DNA of 64,000 bases from contig CAZAUI010000002.1 of the NCBI GenBank assembly GCA_964488505.1, positions 71,419 to 135,418 on the forward strand, written 5' to 3'. The translations under genes were made by a program, and so were the position numbers. This document shows positions 39,630 to 48,934 of this stretch, in pieces. A model generated the notes under the pieces. That model was not told the DNA's origin. It saw only the letters and a list, made by a program, of their open reading frames with translations, and made no database searches. Position 1 is the first letter of the stretch; each line of letters begins with the position of its first letter. Origin of the DNA: an uncultured Thermoplasmata archaeon (GTDB lineage: Archaea > Thermoplasmatota > Thermoplasmata > UBA10834).

Positions 39630-40020
39630 TCCAAGACCTTGGGGCCATTGAACGCTGGTATGCAATCTGATACCGACGCGCGTCCGCGGCCATGCTTCCC
39701 CGAATATTTCTCAGGCCTCGGCCTTCTTCTCGGCCTTCGCGGCCTCTTCCTCGGGGTTGAACCCCTTCAAGCGGAGCGCCTCGGACAGGAGCTGGGAGAG
39801 CCACTCCTCCTCCCAGTACTTCAGCCTCGCCTCAGAACAAATAGCTTCTCCTGGCATGCTCGACGACCTCCGGCAAGTACATATGTATTCGGCCATATAT
39901 CAACATTGTTCGGGAAAAACGGGTCGATTGACCAGTTCCGACCTGAAAATACGCGATTCCGACCATCGCCGGAGCGTATGAGTGCAAGATATTTATCAAC
40001 GGAAACCCTTCGGCAGACTG

Positions 40021-40497
40021 ATGGCGACGCCCAAGAAGGATCCTGTGACGGTCGAGCTGGACGATCTCGACATGGACATCATCAGGAGCCTGAACGAGAA
40101 CGCCCGCAAGAGCTTCAGGGACATCGCGAAGGAGCTCCAGGTATCCCTCACGACCGTCTCGAACAGGGTCAAGAACATGGAGCGCTCGGGCGTCATCCAA
40201 GGATACATACCCGTCGTCGACGCGACCAAGCTCGGGTACGACATCATGGCAGTCATAGGCATCAAGGTCATGCACGGCAAGATCATCGACACCGAGAGGG
40301 ACCTCGCGAAGGAGGCCGGGGTGTTCGCCGTGTACGACTCCACGGGCGAATGGGACGCCATCGTCGAGGCGCGGTTCAAATCCAGGGAGGAGCTGAACAC
40401 GTTCGTGAAGAAGGTCCTGGACCACCCGAACGTGGATCGGACCTACACGCAGGTCGTGCTCAACATCACCAGGGAGGAGAAGCGCGTCCTGGTGTGA
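40021..40497 (+). CDS. lrp: Lrp/AsnC-family transcriptional regulator
   Basis: LDDLDMDIIRSLNENARKSFRDIAKELQVSLTTVSNRVKNMERSGVIQGY... HTH_AsnC plus C-terminal RAM domain (...AVYDSTGEWDAIVEARF...). Confidence 0.8.
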   Translation: MATPKKDPVTVELDDLDMDIIRSLNENARKSFRDIAKELQVSLTTVSNRVKNMERSGVIQGYIPVVDATKLGYDIMAVIGIKVMHGKIIDTERDLAKEAGVFAVYDSTGEWDAIVEARFKSREELNTFVKKVLDHPNVDRTYTQVVLNITREEKRVLV

Positions 40498-40607
40498 CGG
40501 TCGCCCTCCTTCTGGCGAAAGAGCCACATCGGCCCGCAGTGTGTTTTATGTAGCGCGGCCTGGATAACCCATAGACCTGATGTTCTGGTCGAGTCAGGGA
40601 GGCGGGG

Positions 40608-42194
40608 ATGATGGGCAAGTTGGGGCGTTCAATCGCTGGCATCTGTCTCGCGATGGCCGTCGCGTGCTGCTGGTACCTCCCGACCTCGTCCGCGGCTGAC
40701 GATAACATAGAGGTCTCGGTCTCATTCTCCCCCGCGAAGGCGCAGTACTACCCAGGCGAGGACTTCTCGGTCAACGTCACCGTCTCCAACCTGATGCCTG
40801 AGCCGTCTCTGCCCACGGACCCGCTCTTGAACTGGGTCAAGGCGGTCAACATATCCGCCAGCTTCTCGTGGATGGACCTGGGCGAGCACGTCTTCAGCAA
40901 CGTCTCTGGGATTTCGTCCTGGCTGGCGCCCGACCAGGCAGACTCCGAGTCGTACTCACTCGACATCTCCATCCCCACAATCGTTTCTGCAATGACCTAC
41001 GACTACAGGGTCGACATCGAGTACATGCTCCACACCGCCTGGGGGAACGTGACCTACTCGTGGACCGACTCGTACTACGGCTTCGTCGTCTCGAGGACCA
41101 CGCAGACGGACCTCACGAGGACGCACGAGTTCTCCCCCGAGAAGACGTCCTTTGCTCCGGGAGAGGATTTCGCGGTCGAGGTGACCTTGACCAACGCCCT
41201 CCCTTCGGGCGTTTCTTCGTACGACGTGTTCCCGTGCAGGATCGTCAACGTCTCCGTCCACTTCGCGTGGATGGAGGACGAAGAGAGCGTCGGGGTCAAC
41301 CTATCCGAAGAGGATGTATGGCTCTCCCCGGACGGGACGACCTGCTGGACCTACGACCTTAACCTGACCGTGCCCGAAGACGCCGCCGAGATGACCCAGT
41401 GCTACTACTTCAGGGTCGAGTACGTCGAAGCCGTCCCGTGGGGCGACGAGCCGCGCTCCGATGAGAGCCTGACATACTCCGACTTCGTCGTGTCCGAGGC
41501 CTCCGGAGGCGTCCTGGGAGGCGTGGACGACTACATCCTGTACCTCGCAATCGTCGCCGTCGTGCTGTCTATAGCCGCGCTCGGGGCCGTCATGCACCAC
41601 AGGCGCGAGTCACGCATCGGGGCGGGGGCGCTGGCGGTCGACGGCAACGGATATCCGGTCCTCAGGCCACTCCCGGGCGAGCAGTTCCCGCTCGAGAGCG
41701 GCCTGATCTACCTCGTCAAGGAGAAGCGCCCGATGGCGTCTTTCGGGATGTACAACGAGGCCGTGTCCAAGGGCGCCGAGGGCATGCTCATATCGAGGGA
41801 GCACCCGAACAGGCTGAGGGAAGTGCACACGTTCTCCGCGAAGACCATCATATGGCTCTCGCGCAGGCCGGGCGAGAACCATGTGGACCCGACCGAGCTG
41901 AGCCTCCTCAGCCTCAAGATATCCAGGTTCGTCGAGGAGCGCGAGAAGAGCGTCGTGCTGATCGAAGGTCTGGAGTACCTCATAACCCAGAACGACTTCG
42001 AGACCGTCCTCAGGTTCGTGAACCACCTCCACGACTTCGTGCTCGCCCACGACTGCGCCATCGTTGTCGTCGTCGACCCGAGGGTTTTGAGCACGCGCGA
42101 GCTCGCGCTGCTCGAACGGTCCGCGAGGGTCGTCGAGCCCGTGGAGCCGGTGCCGGAGCAGCCCGAGGAGGAGAAGGAGCCGGCAGGCGCCTGA
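40608..42194 (+). CDS. Membrane sensor-like protein: signal peptide, duplicated extracellular domain, single TM, C-terminal DUF835-like cytoplasmic domain
   Basis: Two about 130-aa ectodomain repeats start SFSPAKAQYYPGEDFSVNVTVSNL / EFSPEKTSFAPGEDFAVEVTLTNAL. TM is YLAIVAVVLSIAALGAV. The C-terminal about 190 aa (...LIYLVKEKRP...GMLISREHP...SVVLIEGLEYLI...CAIVVVVDP...) resemble archaeal DUF835 (recall). Confidence 0.6.
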   Translation: MMGKLGRSIAGICLAMAVACCWYLPTSSAADDNIEVSVSFSPAKAQYYPGEDFSVNVTVSNLMPEPSLPTDPLLNWVKAVNISASFSWMDLGEHVFSNVSGISSWLAPDQADSESYSLDISIPTIVSAMTYDYRVDIEYMLHTAWGNVTYSWTDSYYGFVVSRTTQTDLTRTHEFSPEKTSFAPGEDFAVEVTLTNALPSGVSSYDVFPCRIVNVSVHFAWMEDEESVGVNLSEEDVWLSPDGTTCWTYDLNLTVPEDAAEMTQCYYFRVEYVEAVPWGDEPRSDESLTYSDFVVSEASGGVLGGVDDYILYLAIVAVVLSIAALGAVMHHRRESRIGAGALAVDGNGYPVLRPLPGEQFPLESGLIYLVKEKRPMASFGMYNEAVSKGAEGMLISREHPNRLREVHTFSAKTIIWLSRRPGENHVDPTELSLLSLKISRFVEEREKSVVLIEGLEYLITQNDFETVLRFVNHLHDFVLAHDCAIVVVVDPRVLSTRELALLERSARVVEPVEPVPEQPEEEKEPAGA

Positions 42195-42317
42195 ACCCCG
42201 GTCAGTATGCGAAAATTGCATAATCGGGGTATGCGTTCGGGAACGTTGCAGGGGCGTATCCTGTCCTGACGGTCGGGGGACCGTCAGGAACAGCCTGATC
42301 CGGGGGAGGGAGCCGAA

Positions 42318-43766
42318 GTGGATGCACTCTATCGAAGAGTATTCCGTGAGCGTCCAGCGGCGGCCATGTTCTCCATCGTGCTCGTCATGAGCATGGGGTT
42401 TGCCGCGCCCTTCTCGTACATGTCAGCCCCGATAGACAGGGATGTCCCGCAGGATATCGTGTCATCCCTCGTATGGCTCGACGCCGCCCCTATGTCCATA
42501 CCGCGCTCATCGCCCCAGGTGGTCGAGCTGCCTGACGGGGACGTGCTCGTGGTCGGAGGGATGGCGCCCACCGGCCCGACGAGGACGACGGAGGTGTACG
42601 ACCCCGAGAGCGACTCGTGGACGGCCGGACCCGCCATGAACTTCGCGAGGGTGGGCCACACGGCCACCCTGCTCCAGGACGGCACGGTCCTGGTCACGGG
42701 AGGGGAGACCGGGGCGGGTACGGTCTCGTCCGCAGAGATCATCGACCTCTCCGCGGGCGCGTCGCTCCTGGTCGGAGACATGGCCTTCGCGAGGTCGGGG
42801 CACGCCGCCTCGCTGCTCCCCGACGGGAAGACGCTCGTGACGGGCGGCACGGACTGGTTCAACGGCCCGTGGGCCTATGCGGAGGCGTACGTGCCTTCGA
42901 CGCACTCCTTCGAGCCTGCAGGGTCGATGACCTGCGAGAGGCTGTTCCTGACGCTGCAGCCGCTTCCTGACGGGCGCGTGCTCGCGATAGGCGGCGATCC
43001 CGAAGGCACGAGCGAGGTGTTCGACCCCGAGGACGGTTCGTGGGGCTCGCTCGCGTACATGTCATCTGAGAGATACGGCGCGTCCTCCGTTTCGCTCGAG
43101 GACGGCCGGATATTGTCGGCCGGGGGTTTCTCGGACGAATCGGTCCTGTCCTCGGCCGAGGTGTATTCATCCGAGGACGGAGAATGGGCCGATACGGACG
43201 CGATGTCCGTGCCGAGGGCGGAGTTCGGCCTGGCGGTCATACCCGGCGGGATGGCCGTGGCGACGGGCTCGTGGAGCTCCTTGGGAGCCTCCGACACGAC
43301 GGAGAGCATGTGCCCGGACCAGCTGACATGGCGGGACGAGGACCCGATGTCGGCCCCGAGGGGTAGGCACGGGACCGCGGTCACGGCGAACGGGACCGTA
43401 CTCGCGATCGGCGGCTGGGACGGTTCGAGTATCCTGTCCTCGGTCGAGATGCTTGTCGAGGTCCAGACGACGCCCTGGCCGAGCCTGTGCGAGCCCATGC
43501 ACCTGTACCCGCTCGTGCTGGCTGTATCCGACGAGTTGGAGGGGCATTCCGAGAACGGCCTCATCGCGAAGCTGTTCGTCGCGCAGGCGGCGTACGACTG
43601 CTCGCGCACAGACCTGTGCCTGGACGTCCTCGATGCGTTCTACAGGCAGGTGCGCGCGTTCTACCAGAGCGGGCACCTGGGCGAAGAGGGCGCCGATATG
43701 CTCTACGAGGGCTACGCCGAGGTCGTGACATGCCTCGGGGGCGAGCCCCTTCCGTCCGTAACGTAG
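42318..43766 (+). CDS. Kelch-repeat beta-propeller protein with N-terminal TM/signal
   Basis: Six repeats of the Kelch type (...LPDGDVLVVGG..., ...LQDGTVLVTGG..., ...LPDGKTLVTGG..., ...LPDGRVLAIGG..., ...LEDGRILSAGG..., ...ANGTVLAIGG...) each followed by W/Y. Confidence 0.75.
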   Translation: MDALYRRVFRERPAAAMFSIVLVMSMGFAAPFSYMSAPIDRDVPQDIVSSLVWLDAAPMSIPRSSPQVVELPDGDVLVVGGMAPTGPTRTTEVYDPESDSWTAGPAMNFARVGHTATLLQDGTVLVTGGETGAGTVSSAEIIDLSAGASLLVGDMAFARSGHAASLLPDGKTLVTGGTDWFNGPWAYAEAYVPSTHSFEPAGSMTCERLFLTLQPLPDGRVLAIGGDPEGTSEVFDPEDGSWGSLAYMSSERYGASSVSLEDGRILSAGGFSDESVLSSAEVYSSEDGEWADTDAMSVPRAEFGLAVIPGGMAVATGSWSSLGASDTTESMCPDQLTWRDEDPMSAPRGRHGTAVTANGTVLAIGGWDGSSILSSVEMLVEVQTTPWPSLCEPMHLYPLVLAVSDELEGHSENGLIAKLFVAQAAYDCSRTDLCLDVLDAFYRQVRAFYQSGHLGEEGADMLYEGYAEVVTCLGGEPLPSVT

Positions 43767-43830
43767 AACCTTCACGCGCGCACGTTGACACGAGGCTAAG
43801 AGCCTCCCCGGGAGCGGCTTCCCGAGGGGT

Positions 43831-44424
43831 GTGTCTGACACCAATCCGGACAGCCAGCAACCGCTGTCTGACGCAGAGGACATAAATACGAGAAGGGACA
43901 TAACAGTCGTCAAGCTCCTTGGGATGCGGAGCGACGGAGGTGAATACATTAGACTAAGCAAGAGGCTGTTCGCTTCAGCGGTGGTCGGCGCCATGCTCAT
44001 CATAAGCGCGGTGCTGGTAGTGTCGCTGATAGGCGGTGATGACAAGCCGGACATCACGACCGAGATACCCCCAGAGGACGAGCAGCTGCCCGACGAGAGC
44101 CAGGACGGCACCGCCGTAGACGATCCGTCAGAAGGCGACGATGCGGAGACCGCTTCCGACGACTCGGACAGCGACGACGCCTCGGAGGACGACCAGGACG
44201 ACGATGTTCCTGACGAGGACGACGATGAGGGATCGGACGACGCGCAGGACGGCAACGGTGCGAAGAACGGCAACTGCTACGAGCACAAGGAAGTGATTGC
44301 CGGGTCCTCGCAGATGAACTGCGAGAACAACTTCGCCGAGCACGTGTCCGTCGATGACGCCGAGGGCGACCCGAGCTGCGAGTGCCACGGCGGCGACGAG
44401 GACAAGGGCCAGTCCGAGAAATGA
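43831..44424 (+). CDS. Membrane-anchored, extremely acidic (Asp/Glu/Ser-rich) protein with C-terminal Cys-x-Cys-His motif
   Basis: One TM (LFASAVVGAMLIISAVLVVSLIGG), about 110 aa of D/E/S low complexity (DDSDSDDASEDDQDDDVPDEDDDEGSDD), C-terminal ...NGNCYEHKEVIAGSSQMNCENNFAEHVSVDDAEGDPSCECHGGDEDKG. Antisense Ser-rich ORF rejected. Confidence 0.5.
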   Translation: MSDTNPDSQQPLSDAEDINTRRDITVVKLLGMRSDGGEYIRLSKRLFASAVVGAMLIISAVLVVSLIGGDDKPDITTEIPPEDEQLPDESQDGTAVDDPSEGDDAETASDDSDSDDASEDDQDDDVPDEDDDEGSDDAQDGNGAKNGNCYEHKEVIAGSSQMNCENNFAEHVSVDDAEGDPSCECHGGDEDKGQSEK

Positions 44425-44564
44425 ATGCAAACACTGAGGTGAGCCCGCATCCCGGGACACGAGGCGAATGCGCGCCTCCGAAATCGGGCCGGGCTCACTT
44501 CCCCAAATTCCTTACGATCTTCTGAACTCACAAGACGACGGCCGGAGGGCTCTCTGGACCCCTC

Positions 44565-46409
44565 TCAGCGCCCCTTCCTGCGCCTTGCCGCCCTCGTAAG
44601 CAATACCATGGCCAAGAGGGCCGCCAGGATGACCGGCATCGACCCGAACTCAGGTATCGGCACCGTGGGCGAGTCCGTGAGCGGATAGTAATCCGAGGCG
44701 CCCGCGGTCCCGTCTATCGGATACGGGTTGTCCACGATACCGTCCATATCGTCGTCCGGGCCCGTCCAATCCCTCCAATAGTTCCCGTACCCGTGCGGAG
44801 ACCCCGATGTGTTCCACCGGTTCCCGGTCCCGTTGTCGCACGCCTGGGCGCCTCCGCCGTTGTTGCCCGTGAACGTGTTGTTCCAGATGGTGTTGCCGCT
44901 CCCGGATTCTATCAAGACCCCCCAAGAGGTCTGGTTCTCGATGCTGTTCATCTGGATCTCGTTGTAGTTCGACGAGGAGATGCGCACGCCGCAGGTGTTC
45001 TCCGAGAACGTGTTGTTGACCAGGTGATTGTGGTCTGACACCTCCAGATACACCCCTGCGAGGTCGTTGCCAGAGCACGTGTTGTCCTCGACCAGGGCGC
45101 CGCTCGACGAGGAGAGGTATATCCCGAAATAGATGCTGCCTGTGCACGTATTGGAGCGTACCGTGACGTTGTTCGACGAGATGACCTGGACGCCCATCAG
45201 TTCCGAGTTTGAGCAGTTGTTGCGGTTCAGCACGCTCGCGGGGGAGGACGATACGATTATCCCGTACTCGTTCGAGTCGCACTCGTTGTCGTTCACGGTC
45301 GTCGTGCCCGAGTTCGAGATGATCATGCCGTATTGACTGCCGCTGCACGAGTTGTTGGTGACCGTCGACGAGGCCGAGTTCGAGATGATCATGCCGTATT
45401 GACTGCCGCTACACGAGTTGTTGGTGACCGTCGCCGTGGCCGAGTCGGTGATGAGTATGCCGTATTGAATGCCGATGCACGAGTTGTTGGTGACCGTGCT
45501 CCAGGGTGAACCTGAGAGTACGACGCCGTATAGGTTCGAGTCAAGGGAGTTGTCCGCGACGGTGTAGTTGTTTGCGCCGTTGACCATCACCCCTTGGTAT
45601 AGGTTCGAGAGGCACGTGTTGCCGGTGATGCTGCAGTTGCCCGATTCGCCCACATATATGCCGACAGAGTTCGAATTGCATGAATTCCTCACGAAGACGC
45701 TTTCGCTCATTTGATGAGAGTCTATGCCGTTTCCGGTGTTGTTGTTGCAGATGTTGTCGGCGATGCTGTTGTTCGAAGAGGGGTTGTATGCCAGGATGCC
45801 TGCGCCTGTGTTGTTGCTGCACGTGTTGTTGGCGATGACGTTGTCACTCGACGAGTCGAGCCTCATGCCGGAGGTAAGCCCCGAACAGTTGTTGCCCTCC
45901 AGGACGGCGTTGCGGACGGAGGCCAGGTAAATCCCGTTGCTGTAGGCCCCGGCGCTGCGGACGAGGCAGTTGCGGACGACGAAGTGGTCAGTGGTGCCCT
46001 GTACCCGTATCCCGTCGCTCGTCGTGTTTATCTCCCAGCCCTCTATGATGTACGGGTCCGTGGCAGTCCCGTTGCCGGACACGACCCCGTTCGACGGGTA
46101 GAGGGTGTTGTTGAACTGGGCGTTCCCGTTGATGTATATCGACGTGTGCGCGGTGTACGATATCTTGGCGGGGACAGGCGATGACGAGTCATCATCTGAC
46201 GGATGTGGGATGAGGGCTGCGGACGTGGCGAACAAGACGGCGACGAGGGCCAAGGCGACGATCCCGAGGCGCCTGGGCGTCCTTCGTGCTCTCGGAGCGG
46301 GCATCCTGCGGTCGATGTACGGGGTCCTGGGCGATGATGTGCCGTGATTCGCGACGCATGCGCCGTTGTCCATCCGCCCGGCCGTCCGATCCGATCCCCT
46401 GAGTGTCAT
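44565..46409 (-). CDS. Secreted right-handed parallel beta-helix (PbH1/NosD-like) repeat protein with C-terminal PEF-CTERM-type sorting signal
   Basis: Many N-x-x-x-S/N-x-N PbH1 repeats (NNTCSNNTGAGI..., NNSCSGSQYGMIISNS...). C-terminus ...PIPEFGSMPVILAALLAMVLLTRAARRRKGR is PEF + TM + basic tail. Signal peptide after an Arg-rich N-terminus. Confidence 0.75.
   Translation of the reverse strand: MTLRGSDRTAGRMDNGACVANHGTSSPRTPYIDRRMPAPRARRTPRRLGIVALALVAVLFATSAALIPHPSDDDSSSPVPAKISYTAHTSIYINGNAQFNNTLYPSNGVVSGNGTATDPYIIEGWEINTTSDGIRVQGTTDHFVVRNCLVRSAGAYSNGIYLASVRNAVLEGNNCSGLTSGMRLDSSSDNVIANNTCSNNTGAGILAYNPSSNNSIADNICNNNTGNGIDSHQMSESVFVRNSCNSNSVGIYVGESGNCSITGNTCLSNLYQGVMVNGANNYTVADNSLDSNLYGVVLSGSPWSTVTNNSCIGIQYGILITDSATATVTNNSCSGSQYGMIISNSASSTVTNNSCSGSQYGMIISNSGTTTVNDNECDSNEYGIIVSSSPASVLNRNNCSNSELMGVQVISSNNVTVRSNTCTGSIYFGIYLSSSSGALVEDNTCSGNDLAGVYLEVSDHNHLVNNTFSENTCGVRISSSNYNEIQMNSIENQTSWGVLIESGSGNTIWNNTFTGNNGGGAQACDNGTGNRWNTSGSPHGYGNYWRDWTGPDDDMDGIVDNPYPIDGTAGASDYYPLTDSPTVPIPEFGSMPVILAALLAMVLLTRAARRRKGR
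45308..45499. repeat. 66-bp tandem repeat, 2 near-identical copies (1 mismatch) plus a diverged third copy, inside the beta-helix gene (encodes 22-aa PbH1 units)
   Basis: 45308-45367 vs 45374-45433 identical except g/a at one position. Protein: ATVTNNSCSGSQYGMIISNSASSTVTNNSCSGSQYGMIISNSGTTTV. Confidence 0.8.
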
Positions 46410-46571
46410 CTTACAAGCTCGTACGATTCATCAGTGAACCTTCAACTTAATCCCTTTCTTCGTACACTCTACAAATGGATTCGCACAGATGGCTGGAAGG
46501 CTGTCCTGGACCACCTGCCCAGCACATCGGAGAGACTGATGAGCGCCGCCGGCGGCGCCCATGACCTCGTC

Positions 46572-48737
46572 TCACGCAGTCGGAGGCGGCGGGGTCTCCC
46601 TGAACGCCTCGACGACCACGGTCCCCGTCTTCCAGATGTTCGTCAGGTAGTACCTGTACTCCCCGACCTTGTGGAACGTGCAGCTCCAGTAATCCCCGGG
46701 GGCTATCAAAAGGCCGCTCTGGAACAATCCGTCGGGGTGCTCCCCCGACTCGTCCAAGGTCCCGCTCTTGACGCTCGAGCCCGGCGGCGCGGCCCAGGTC
46801 CTGTTCACCCACACGACCTTGGTCCCCTCGACGACCTTGACCACCTGGGGCACGACGTTCGGCCCGACGATGTCGACATACGCCTCGAACCTCGGCGGCG
46901 GAGGCGGCGGCGGGGGTATCTGGTGCGCCCCCTGGACCGGCTGCATGCCGTTGAGGGACGACTGCGCCTGCGCGAGCCTCGCGGCCTGTGCCCGGGCGGC
47001 CTCCGCATCCCGCCTGCGCCTGCTGGACCGGGCCGCGGCCGCGATGACCACTATCGCGATCAGGACCATCACGAGTATGATGAAGAGGGTGATGCCGAGG
47101 ACATCCTCGATGAAGTCCACGATCGTCCGGATGAAGTCCTGGAAGAACCCGATTATCGGGTTGTCCGAGGCCGATTCCGAGATCAGTATCTGGACCTCCT
47201 CGGACGAAATCAGGATGCCGTCCACCTCCGCGTACGCGGTCAGGTAGATGGTGCCGTTCGTCGGCTGGGACGGCATGTCCTCCACTGTGAACTCCGCCCA
47301 TGTGGTGCCCGTGAACGATTCGGAGGTCCCGGCCACCTCGCCAGGCGAGAATCCCCATTCGATGTATGTCTCATCTATCGTGCCCGGGTCCCCGCCGCTG
47401 ACGAGCCATGTGACGGAGTACGTCTCGTTCAGGCCGACCTGCTCAGGATATTCCGTGATCGTGACCGTCGGGTCCGCCACCGACGCGACCGCCTCGAAGG
47501 CGTTGACGACGCCCCAGCCGGTGCCAGAGTCCCAGCCGGATATGCTGAGGTCCCTCGCGGTCTCGTTGATCGCCTCCCCGACCTCCTCAGGCGTGAGGGC
47601 CGGGTTCACCGACAGCATCAGGGCCGCGACCCCCGCGACATGCGGGGCCGCCGCGGACGTGCCCGACAGCAGCTGGTACGAGCCTCCACCCATGGTCGAG
47701 AATATCCCGACACCGGGGGCCATCACGTCCAGACCTTCCCCGAAGTTGCTGAAGGACGCGCGTCTATCGGTGGTGTCTATCGCCCCCACCCCGATGACGT
47801 TGGGGAATGCCGCGGGATATGTGAGCACGCTCGTGCCGCTGTTGCCGGCCGCGGCCACGAGCACGAGCCCTTGGCTGGCCGCGAAGTTCACGGCGTTCTC
47901 CAGGACCGTGCTGCTCCCGTCGACCCCGAGGCTCATGACGATGACATCGGCGTTGTTCTCCGCGGCGAACCTTACCCCGTTCGCGACATAGAGGTCCGTG
48001 CCCTCGCCCGAGTCGTTCATGACCTTCACGGCCATGAGCCTGATCTGTGCCAGGCCCGCCATGCCCTCGCCGTTGTCCGCCACGGCCCCGACTATGCCCG
48101 CGACGTGGGTGCCGTGGTATGTGTACGTGTTCTGCTCCCAGTCCCCGTCCTCGTCGAACCCGTTCACGTTGTCGTCCATGGGGAACCAGTTGTCATCTAC
48201 GAAGTTGTAGCCGTAGTACCCGTCCTCGTTCGTCCACATGTTCGCCGCGAGGTCCCCGTGCTCCCAGTCTATGCCGGTGTCGAGGACCGCGACGACGACC
48301 TCTTCGCTCCCGAGTGACACGTCCCACGCGCCGAACGCGAGGACGCTCTCGAGGCCCCACTGGTCGGGTATGTCAGGGTCGTCCGGCGTGTACAGCGTGT
48401 GCGCCCTCCTCTCTGGCGACACGGATACGACGCCCGGGTGCGACATGAGCGCATCTAGGAGCGGCTCCGGGGACGGGCCGAGCGACACGCCCATCAGGCA
48501 GGTCTCCCTCCAGGAGGACCTGACCTCCCCGCCTAACGACCCTACGAGTCCCACGACCTCGTCGTGGTACAGTGGGCCGTCGGTCTCTATCACGATGGCG
48601 TCGGCGGAGCCGAGCAGCTCCGAATATGACTGGGCAGAAGCATCCGAGACCAGGGACCCCGGAGGCAAGGGCTGCACGGGACCGGCGAGCATGAGTGTCG
48701 CGGCGAACAGGACGCTTACGAACAGAGTGAACCGCAT
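46572..48737 (-). CDS. Subtilisin-like serine protease (peptidase S8) with I9 propeptide, followed by a TM helix, poly-Pro linker and a C-terminal cupredoxin-like about 110-aa domain
   Basis: Catalytic triad blocks VAVLDTGID / HGTHVAGIVGA / GTSAAAPHVAGVAAL. Signal peptide from the internal ATG 48735-48737 (MRFTLFVSVLFAATLMLA). TM is ITLFIILVMVLIAIVVIAAAA + RSSRRRR. PPPPPPPP, then ...VKVVEGTKVVWVNRT...GDYWSCTFHKVGEYRYYL...GTVVV. Confidence 0.85.
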   Translation of the reverse strand: MRFTLFVSVLFAATLMLAGPVQPLPPGSLVSDASAQSYSELLGSADAIVIETDGPLYHDEVVGLVGSLGGEVRSSWRETCLMGVSLGPSPEPLLDALMSHPGVVSVSPERRAHTLYTPDDPDIPDQWGLESVLAFGAWDVSLGSEEVVVAVLDTGIDWEHGDLAANMWTNEDGYYGYNFVDDNWFPMDDNVNGFDEDGDWEQNTYTYHGTHVAGIVGAVADNGEGMAGLAQIRLMAVKVMNDSGEGTDLYVANGVRFAAENNADVIVMSLGVDGSSTVLENAVNFAASQGLVLVAAAGNSGTSVLTYPAAFPNVIGVGAIDTTDRRASFSNFGEGLDVMAPGVGIFSTMGGGSYQLLSGTSAAAPHVAGVAALMLSVNPALTPEEVGEAINETARDLSISGWDSGTGWGVVNAFEAVASVADPTVTITEYPEQVGLNETYSVTWLVSGGDPGTIDETYIEWGFSPGEVAGTSESFTGTTWAEFTVEDMPSQPTNGTIYLTAYAEVDGILISSEEVQILISESASDNPIIGFFQDFIRTIVDFIEDVLGITLFIILVMVLIAIVVIAAAARSSRRRRDAEAARAQAARLAQAQSSLNGMQPVQGAHQIPPPPPPPPRFEAYVDIVGPNVVPQVVKVVEGTKVVWVNRTWAAPPGSSVKSGTLDESGEHPDGLFQSGLLIAPGDYWSCTFHKVGEYRYYLTNIWKTGTVVVEAFRETPPPPTA

Positions 48738-48934
48738 CTGTGCACCTTTGGAACGATGACACGCGCCATGTGCCCGCGGAGTACGCCGTCCCCCGCCGGA
48801 CCTGGACGGAGGCATCTTACCAATTCCTGCACATAAATACGTTTTCCCAAGGTTACCTCCGCCAGGCACACACGCGGGGAAACGGGCGATGCCCTCGCAA
48901 GGTTGAATAGGGCACACGCGCCTCAGCCACATGC

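Noticed and set aside
43167-44273. 368-aa Ser-rich - strand ORF
   Set aside because: Antisense to the Asp/Glu-rich gene and to the 3' end of the Kelch gene; poly-Ser is the mirror of GAC/GAG codons; no domain.
44425-44564. 9-bp inverted repeat gtgagcccg...cgggctcac between convergent genes
   Set aside because: Arms are separated by about 40 nt and no T-tract follows; not convincing as a terminator.
46344-48317. 657-aa + strand ORF
   Set aside because: Entirely antisense to the well-supported S8 protease; Arg/Pro/Gly-rich composition typical of a high-GC antisense frame.
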